In this document: one piece after another, positions 55,251-64,000 of the stretch
Layout: every line of letters begins with the position of its first letter
Numbering within the stretch: position 1 is the first letter of the stretch
Source of the DNA: the human T2T-CHM13v2.0 reference genome, Homo sapiens
NCBI RefSeq assembly: GCF_009914755.1
Contig: NC_060931.1
Direction: 5' to 3' (one strand)
Length of the DNA stretch: 64,000 nt
Notes under the pieces: generated by a model
What the model saw: the letters and a program-made list of their open reading frames with translations, nothing else
Database searches by the model: none
Told to the model about the DNA's origin: nothing
Position numbers and translations under genes: made by a program

Positions 55251-56573
55251 ATTGATATAAATATTATTAATACTGATATCGTTGTAAACATGTTTTCTCT
55301 TAGGTGGGTAAGTTTTCTCTATTAGGAAATGCTTAATATCAGTTTTCTAACAGCCCTCTATATACCAAGCTTCTGTAGCTGAAGCAAGATCTCTCTCTGT
55401 TTTTGTAAGTATCCACAATAGATGAACTATGAATTGAATTTTCTTTGACATGGCTTTAGTTTTTTCTTATCCTCTTTCCTAAGGTAGTTCCACTGACTTT
55501 CCCCTTTATTTATTGGTCTTTCATTTTCTCTGCTTTGAATTAAGAATGTGCATTTGATGAAATCTATTTTCACATTCTCTTCATTTTACAACTTTCCTTG
55601 CTCTTTGACCATGAAAAAACTTACCCCCATTGAAATTACAATTGTTTCCCAGAAAGGGTCATCAAATCTTTATTTAGGTATTTGAATTACTAATACAAAT
55701 TTTAAAAATCACATTCTCTTATATATTTTGAAATATTTCAGAGGCAGTTTTACTTTAACACATAATCGATTCTTTTTCTGAGTTTTGCATCAATCACTTA
55801 TTATCTTTCAAAGCTGGCAGGATTTATTTCTAGATGATTATTGACTATAATACAACTATTTGCAGATCATCTAGCACTTTCTTCACAGACACCTGCTCCT
55901 ATCATTGTGAAATAAATAATCTGTAATCTAACTAGACTAACTACTTTGCCAGATTGATAAACTAACAAATAGGTCAACCAAAATTTTGATGAAGTCTAGG
56001 AAATGGTAGTCATATGTGAATCCCAAATTATCTCTGTAATTAAAAAGAAAGATAGTAGAAAAACCTTTTTTTAAAATCCAATACTCTTCAAAACTATGTG
56101 AAGCCCAAAAAAATCACATGCCTTTTTTTTTTGGTATTCAGTCCACATTAAGTCCCAAATTAAATATTTTCAGTCTCATTTATCCAATGCTAAAAATGCA
56201 ATAATTGCAATGATTGCAGACTTCACAGGTTTACTGTAGCACAGAGATTAGAAGATAATCCTACTTTTCATCTTATTGTTTTATTTATCAGAGACTGCTG
56301 ATAAGTGTCTTGGCTCATATTTCAAGTGACTTGTTTTTTTGAAGAGCCTTAAATGCGAATATATAAATGCAGTGCAAATATTGATAGCTATTTTTTGTAA
56401 CTCTAATTCCTCGAAAATAAAACTTAAAACAAAAGTTAAAGCTTCCATCAATAATTTAATGATTTGGAGTGTGCCTTTTTTATACAAAATGATTAGAGAC
56501 ATATGAAGCCATAATGCTTCAATTACTTGTGATATGGTTTAATTAACTAGGCATATAAAACAGTAGATTAGAC

Positions 56574-56798
56574 CTGTGGTTTCCAGCTGTGGGCTACTGA
56601 GCCCCGAAGCGACATTTAGCAATGTCTGGGTCCGTTTGTGGGTGCCACAACTGAGAGTGGGAGTGCTAATGAAATCAAAGGACAAAGGCCAGGGATGCTT
56701 CCAAACATCCTACCATGCACAGGATGCTCCTGCCTACCTCGTCACAAGCAAAGAATTATACAACTCAAAATGTCAATTGTGCCAAGGTGGAAAATTCC
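56574..56798 (+). mobile_element. MER20 (hAT-Charlie)
   Basis: 'gacatttagcaatgtctgg...aggccagggatgcttccaaacatcctaccatgcacagga...caaagaattat...caaaatgtcaattgtgccaagg'. Confidence 0.9.
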
Positions 56799-56849
56799 AA
56801 AACTAGCCCAAAGGGGGGAAAAAAACTACAAAAAAGCAATTGATGAATG

Positions 56850-57495
56850 AATACTGAAAATGTAGTATAACACAGAGAAAAGAGAACTCTTATACACTGT
56901 TGGTAGGCATGTGAATTAGTACAACCATTATGGAACAATGTGGAGGTTTTTCAAAACACTAAAAACAGAACTACAATACGATTCAGCAATCCCACTACTA
57001 GATGTTAATCCAAAGGAAAGGAAATCAGTATATTAAAGAGACATCTGCTCTCTCATGTTTATTTCATCACTATTTATAACAACTAAGATATGGAATCATA
57101 CTAAATGTCCATCAGCAGATGAATGGATAAAGAAAATGTGGTACATATGCACAACGGAGTACTATTTAATCATAAAAAGAATGAAATCCTGTCATTCACT
57201 GCAACATGGATAAGCCTGGAAGACATTATGTTAAGCAAAATAAATCAGGCACAGAAAGATAAACACTGCATGTTCGCACTTACAAGTGGAGCTAAAAGGC
57301 ACATTTTGAGCTCATGGAACTAGAGAGTAGAATTGTGAGTATCAGAGGCTGAGAGGTAGGGGGTGGATGAAGTGAGGTGATGAATATACTATTTACCCTG
57401 ATTTGATCATTACTCATTGTGTACAAGTATCCAAGTATCATTTTGCATCCCATGAGTATGTACAACTATTATGTATCAACTAAAAATAAAAAGAT
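56850..57495 (+). mobile_element. L1MA 3' end
   Basis: ORF2 C-terminal and 3'UTR pattern ending 'tatgtatcaactaaaaataaaa'. Confidence 0.85.
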
Positions 57496-57496
57496 A

Positions 57497-58215
<719 letters not shown>

Positions 58216-58739
58216 AAGAACAGTTGAGCTTCTGCCTCACTGAATAATAAAATCAATCAAGGGCTACAAGGTTAAAATAGCTACTACTATTTTTAAAAAG
58301 ACCAATTTTCCTCTTAGAGTGAAATAAATAATTTAGATCACCTGCATATTTCAAAATCAAACTGGGATTTAACAAATATGCATATCCCTCTTATCAACTG
58401 TTGTTAGCATGATATTATGTAATATATATATGTATCATGATATACATATTACAAGAAATCAATGACTAAATGGTAATAGAGGGATGAGATGAGAGAAAAT
58501 AAATAGGTTTAGTGTGTGGTGGGATGTATGTGGAGAAATGCAGAGGAAGAATAAAAATTAAAGACTAACTAATGGAAGTAAACGATATGAGAGTCATTGT
58601 CACTCAAAAATAGAAAGAATAGGGATCTCTTGATTTGGTTCTCATGTGAGTTTATTTCATTAAGTCATTGTTACTTAACAAAGTATTTACATATAACTTT
58701 GACAAAGAGTAAGTTATTTTTTCTATGATTATAACCATG

Positions 58740-58900
58740 AAAGAATAATAGCATGAGTGTCAAGCAGAAGTAGGCTCAATTTTGTGTGTGTTCTTTGCTG
58801 TGTTATTTTCATGTGCCAAATTCTCAGTTTAATCATCTATAAAATGATGCTAAAAATAGTATATACTTAGAGAATTTTGAGAATTATAGAATGTACAAAA
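58740..58900 (+). mobile_element. MIR
   Basis: 'ctcagtttaatcatctataaaatga...aatagtatatacttagag'. Confidence 0.6.
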
Positions 58901-59879
58901 GATACTTATAAGACTCATTTTCATACTCCTTAGATAATAGTCATTATAGGGTTAGATGATGATGATCATGATGATAATGATGGCTACCTGTGATGATGGC
59001 AATGGTGGATAGGACCCCAGGTGGGTAGGGATGACCAGGAGGAGGAACAAATCACATCTGGCCAGGGAAGCATGATAGAAGAAACTAAGAGTGAGACATA
59101 CAAGTCATTATGACAAGATCAATACAATATCAACATTTCAACAGGCAAAAGACAAATCCAGGAGTATTCTAAGAAAAGGATTAGCCACCTCCCAAAGTCC
59201 TAGGCAGACAAGGTCTAAGGACTAGAACTTCAGGAATTACATAACTTTAGATATTACCAGCAAGAGAATCAAAGTCAAGTCAAAGGAAAAGAAAATGAAA
59301 ATTTATTTTATCTTAACCCGAATCTTTGAAAATCTGAGCATAAAGGAACTAAAACATAACTGGTTTACCTTATTGTTGATTAGGAAGTGATCAGTGAGCT
59401 AATGTGTTATTATAGCCAATGATTTCCAGAGCCAGGAAACAGTATTGAGTCCTAAATGTCTTATCTGCAGGCTCAAGATTCTCACCCACATTCTATAATC
59501 ACAAGTGGAAAGGCACATATTGAAATGTAAGGTGCTAGAGAAAGAACGTGGCCCAATACCATCAAAGAAAGATAAAATTAACTATTCTAAAATTCCCAAA
59601 AATATTTTCTATATGTGATTTGAAAAGAAATAAATGTGTGGGAAGCTAAAGAATATATGAGAATTCTCTGTATTTTCTGCCCAGTTTGTCTATGAACCTA
59701 AAAGTTCTTAAAAAATAGAGTATTTTCTTAAAAGAAATTAGCATGAAATCATAGCTATTAATCTGAGAAGCCCTTAAGAAATTGTGTTTTAAGTCCAGAA
59801 GAAAAAATGTATTTGGCCCATTAATGACTGAAAAAGTATAATTTTATTTTATGTTCAGTATGTGATATGAATTTTACAT

Positions 59880-60075
59880 ACCTTGTCCTTAAATTTTGTC
59901 ACAAAACTGTTGAACTATTGCTATTATTATTTCCTTTTACAGATGAGAAAATAGAGGATTCAATTATAAGAAAAAATTATGTTGCCAAATACCATATCCC
60001 TAATATATATCAATGCTATAAATTGAACCAGGTCTTAAAGTACTTTTCTCCAATACTTTTCACTATACCATGTTA
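59880..60075 (-). mobile_element. MIR
   Basis: 'ctattattatttccttttacagatgagaaaatagagg'. Confidence 0.7.
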
Positions 60076-60199
60076 CCTTAATTGGGTTGTACCAACTCAT
60101 CACTTTCCTCAGAAGATGGCAATAACAGATTTGTGTCTAAAGGGAAGATTTTTAAATTTTTTTCAATATATAAAGAACAGACATTAGTAATGGTTTTTC

Positions 60200-60364
60200 T
60201 CTGGGTTTAATAAAATTGAAATCAGACTACTGTTTTAAATAATATTTTGTATTCCTTATTTTTTTTTCCCACAATTTAAAAGCATAAAAACCATTCTTAG
60301 CTCAAAGGTTGTATAACAATGATGGGCCAGAATTTGCACAACAGCTGTAGTTTTGCCACTTCTG
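60200..60364 (+). mobile_element. MER58B-like 3' end
   Basis: 'tttaaaagcataaaaaccattcttagctc...gggccagaatttg...gtagttttgccacttctg'. Confidence 0.7.
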
Positions 60365-60414
60365 AGTTAAAATATTTTGCTAACCTTGACACTTCTTTAG
60401 TCCCCCTTATACAT

Positions 60415-61330
60415 TTTTTCAAATAATATACTGAGTTGAAATTTATATAAATAACAAAGTCAATCATTTAAAGTGAACAAGTTAGTCGCTGTATATTCAC
60501 AATGCTGTGTAATCACTTCTATCTAGTTCTAAAACATGTTCATCACTTCAAAGTAAAATCCCTAACCCATTAAGTAATTCTTCCCAATTCCTTGTCCACA
60601 GCCTTTGGCAACCATTAAGTTGTATTCTATCTCTATAGATTTTTCTATTATGAATATTACATATAAATGGAATTATGCAATATGCGACTTTTGTGTCTGG
60701 CTTCTCTCACATTGCATAAGGTTTTCAATTTTCAGCCACATTGTAGCATGTATCAGAATTTCAGTCTCTTTTTATGGCTGAGTAATATTCTATTGCCTGT
60801 GTGTGCCACACGTTGTTTATCCATTCTTCCCTTGATGCACATTTGGGCCGTTTCCACCTTTGGCTCTTATGACTAATAATACTATGAACATCACGTATAT
60901 TTACTTGAAGTACCTGTTTTCAATTATTCTGGGTATATGCCTAGGAGTGGAATTGTGGAATCAAATCTCAATTCTATGTTTAACTTTTGGAGGAACCACA
61001 AAGTCTTTTTCAATGCAGCTGAACAGTTTTACATTTCTACCAATCACAAACGACCCTAATTTCTCTACATCATCCTCAACACTTACTATTTTTGATTTTT
61101 TATAGTGATCACATCCTCATGAGTGTGAAGTGATATCTCATTGTCATTTTGATATGCACTCCCCTAATGACTAATGGTGTTGAAAATCTTTTCATGTACT
61201 TTGTCATTTGTGTATCTTCTTGGGAAAATTCAAGTATTTCGCCCATTTTCAAATTGATCATTTGTCTTTTTGCTGTTGAGTTGTAAGGGTTATTTTATAT
61301 ATATTCCGGATACTCATTCCTTTTGAGATA
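60415..61330 (-). mobile_element. L1MB 3' end
   Basis: 'ggcaaccattaagttgtattc...atataaatggaattatgcaatatg...gggtatatgcctaggagtggaattg'. Confidence 0.9.
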
Positions 61331-61373
61331 CAGTAAGTCCTCACATCTTGCCCTCAATAGGTTCTTGGAAATG
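61331..61373 (+). mobile_element. Tigger3/Golem terminal fragment
   Basis: TA followed by cagtaagtcctcac...ataggttcttggaaa, matching the Tigger3 terminus. Confidence 0.7.
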
Positions 61374-61374
61374 T

Positions 61375-62400
61375 TATTGGGGAGTTTCTTCGCACTGAAG
61401 TTCTAGGTCAGCCACAGGTGAAAGCTTAGGGTCTTCTCAGTTATTTTCTGAGCATGTGTCCTTCCCTGGGCGTGCACAGAGTTTTCTAAATTCCCCAGTA
61501 TAGAAGGTTGATTTTGAACACCATAATTTCGCAAAGAAATTGTCTGTCCAGATTTTTCTCTCAGAATTTAAATGGTCCACTGTACAGCTCAACAATAACT
61601 TTTTGGCCCGTTAGGTGCAGGTTGGTTTGTTTTTTTTTATTTCCTTAAAATATTTTAAAGCAGTGTCTGACACTTTCCACCTTGAGTGAATTCCAATTTA
61701 AGTAAAACAGAGAGGAAAGCCTTGCATCAGTTCTTCAGGTGTTGCCTCAATAGGTTAGAACATATAAACACAATAATTTATGAATAAGGTGGGTTTTGCT
61801 CCCTCCAGAACTAGAGACCTTAATTCCCACACTGGGTATTCAGACCATTGTCTTCAAAATCATTGCTGAGCCATTCCAGGATTGGAGTAAAGGCAAGTTA
61901 AAAAACCACTAAATTTTGGGCAGGGCGCGGTGGCTCACGCCTCTAATCCCAGCACTTTGAGAAGCCGAGACGGGCGGATCACGAGTTCAGTACATCGAGA
62001 CCATCCTGGCTAACACAGTGAAACCCCGTCTCTATTAAAAATACAAAAAAATAGCTGGGCCTGGTGGTGGACGCCTCTATTCCCAGCTACTCGGGAGGCT
62101 GGGGCAGGAGAATGGCATGAACCCGGGAGGTGGAGCTTTCAGTGAGCCGAGATCGTGCCACTGCACTCCAGCCTGGGCGACAGAGTGAGACTCCGTCTCA
62201 AACAAACAAACAAAAACCACTAAATTTTACTAGCAGTTTTAAGTTTTCTTAATTCAACATTAGCTTGGTTGATGTAAACCTTTGACTGCTTTTTAGAGTC
62301 ATGACATACTTGGTCCTGAAAGTTTTTGAATTTTTAAAAAATATTTCTGTAGAAAAGTTAAAGTTTAGAGGAGCTGCTTACTATACCATTTCTCAGACAC
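61375..62400 (-). mobile_element. L1M 5'-region fragment hosting AluY
   Basis: 'gcttagggtcttctcag...ttctgagcatgtg' resembles old L1M 5'UTR. Confidence 0.55.
61918..62211 (+). mobile_element. AluY
   Basis: 'ccatcctggctaacac', 'gagaatggcatgaacccggg', 'ggagctt'. Perfect 17-bp TSD aaaaaccactaaatttt at 61901-61917 and 62212-62228. Confidence 0.97.
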
Positions 62401-62431
62401 AATTCTTCTATACTTAGTTATTTGAAAATAA

Positions 62432-62791
<360 letters not shown>

Positions 62792-64000
62792 TGACTTCAA
62801 ATTTTTTAAGCTCACTGAAGGCATAATATAAACTTGTTAACTTAATTCTTTATCCTTAACAATACAAGTGAACGGGAAGATCATTATGATACCTATAATA
62901 ATTAAACAATATTAAACATGTCTCAAGTACAATAAAGTTCCATTTATGAAATAACTTTCTGGTTTTAGATTTTGAGAAAAGCCCTAGAATTTAACAGCCA
63001 TGTGCTCAGCATGTTGTTTTCTATGTTCCTCAACTATAGTGCAAAGAACATACAAGAAAATAATTAATTTCTTACTAATTAAATACATTTTAAAGCATGC
63101 TTTTCTGATTACTAAGCCTTACGCATTTCCTATTTCCCCTGAAAATGAGAGCCACATTAAAGAAAAAAAAAATAACAAAAGAAGATACATTGAAAAATAT
63201 ATACTGGTTAAATATTAATCCAGATATTATTTAAGGTGTGGATACGTTTACAAGTTATAGGGTGTTTTCCACTGCATCTACCTGTGCCTATTACAAACAT
63301 TCTAATCAATCGTTCCAAGTGATTTATCTGTCACAGCTCCATACCAATTCTTCCAGGAAGTGCTCGTGGGCAAGTGGCATAACAAGGTTAGAGAATAGTG
63401 GTGCCTGTAACTGTGTGTCAGCATAAACTGGGACAAAAGCTTGAGGGTTTGGAAAACTTATCTTTCACAGAGCAAAATATATCAGCATAAACAAATAACA
63501 CCAAAGTCAATTTTTTAAATGATTACAAGACTAAATGTTTTGCAATAAGTGATAGAAATTTCATGGGGATTTCAAGTTTACTAAGTTAGAGTATTCATTA
63601 TCGAGTTTAGTAGAAACTGTAACTTCAAAATGTTATTTTTAGTTTTGGTTCAAAATTAGAATAAAGTTCTAGGAGTTAATTTGCATGTAGATGAATGTCA
63701 TATAAAAGTGCTCACTTAAAAATAATCCTTATCCTTATATTTTGACATATTCACTTTTAATTCCACGTTTTCAAGAGATTATCTGTGAGCTTTTGCAATA
63801 GTCAAAGGCTGTTTGAATAACTGACTTTTGTTGGAATCATACCACTTGTGATCAGATTATAAGTGTGGCTTTTCTGTGGCTTAAAAGTGCTTTTGGTCTT
63901 CCTAACTGAATTCAGAAAAAATTATATTTTATGAATTTCTGGGTATATTTGTGCATGCATACATAACGTTTTTAATCTATTTTTGATAGTTTTGAATTAA

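Overview
This is AT-rich primate (human or great ape-like) genomic DNA, either intergenic or deep intronic. I find no credible protein-coding gene, rRNA/tRNA gene or CRISPR array. Well over half of the window is layered transposon debris: Alu (S and Y subfamilies), L1 (L1PA to L1M), MaLR LTRs (MLT1, MST, THE1), ERV1 solo LTRs (LTR1-like, MER41, MER51), ERVL relics (MLT2, a pro-pol remnant with a YIDD motif, a MER21-like LTR), MIR/L2 and hAT/Tigger DNA elements. The longer ORFs in the track come from microsatellites, Alu, L1 or LTRs. The most notable observations are structural: (1) an L1PA insertion with an apparent 3' transduction inside a 17-bp target-site duplication (TSD); (2) an L1MA with twin-priming-type inversion; (3) an ERVL pol reading frame restored by excising a nested MLT1C/Alu/MLT2 block; (4) a two-LTR MST provirus carrying nested MER41 and Alu; (5) a ~550-bp polypyrimidine Alu tail with a higher-order repeat; (6) two candidate + strand exons and a candidate homeodomain/TALE enhancer in repeat-poor sequence. 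I do not see evidence for a genuinely new biological system. Family and subfamily names come from recalled consensus sequences and need Dfam/RepeatMasker confirmation.
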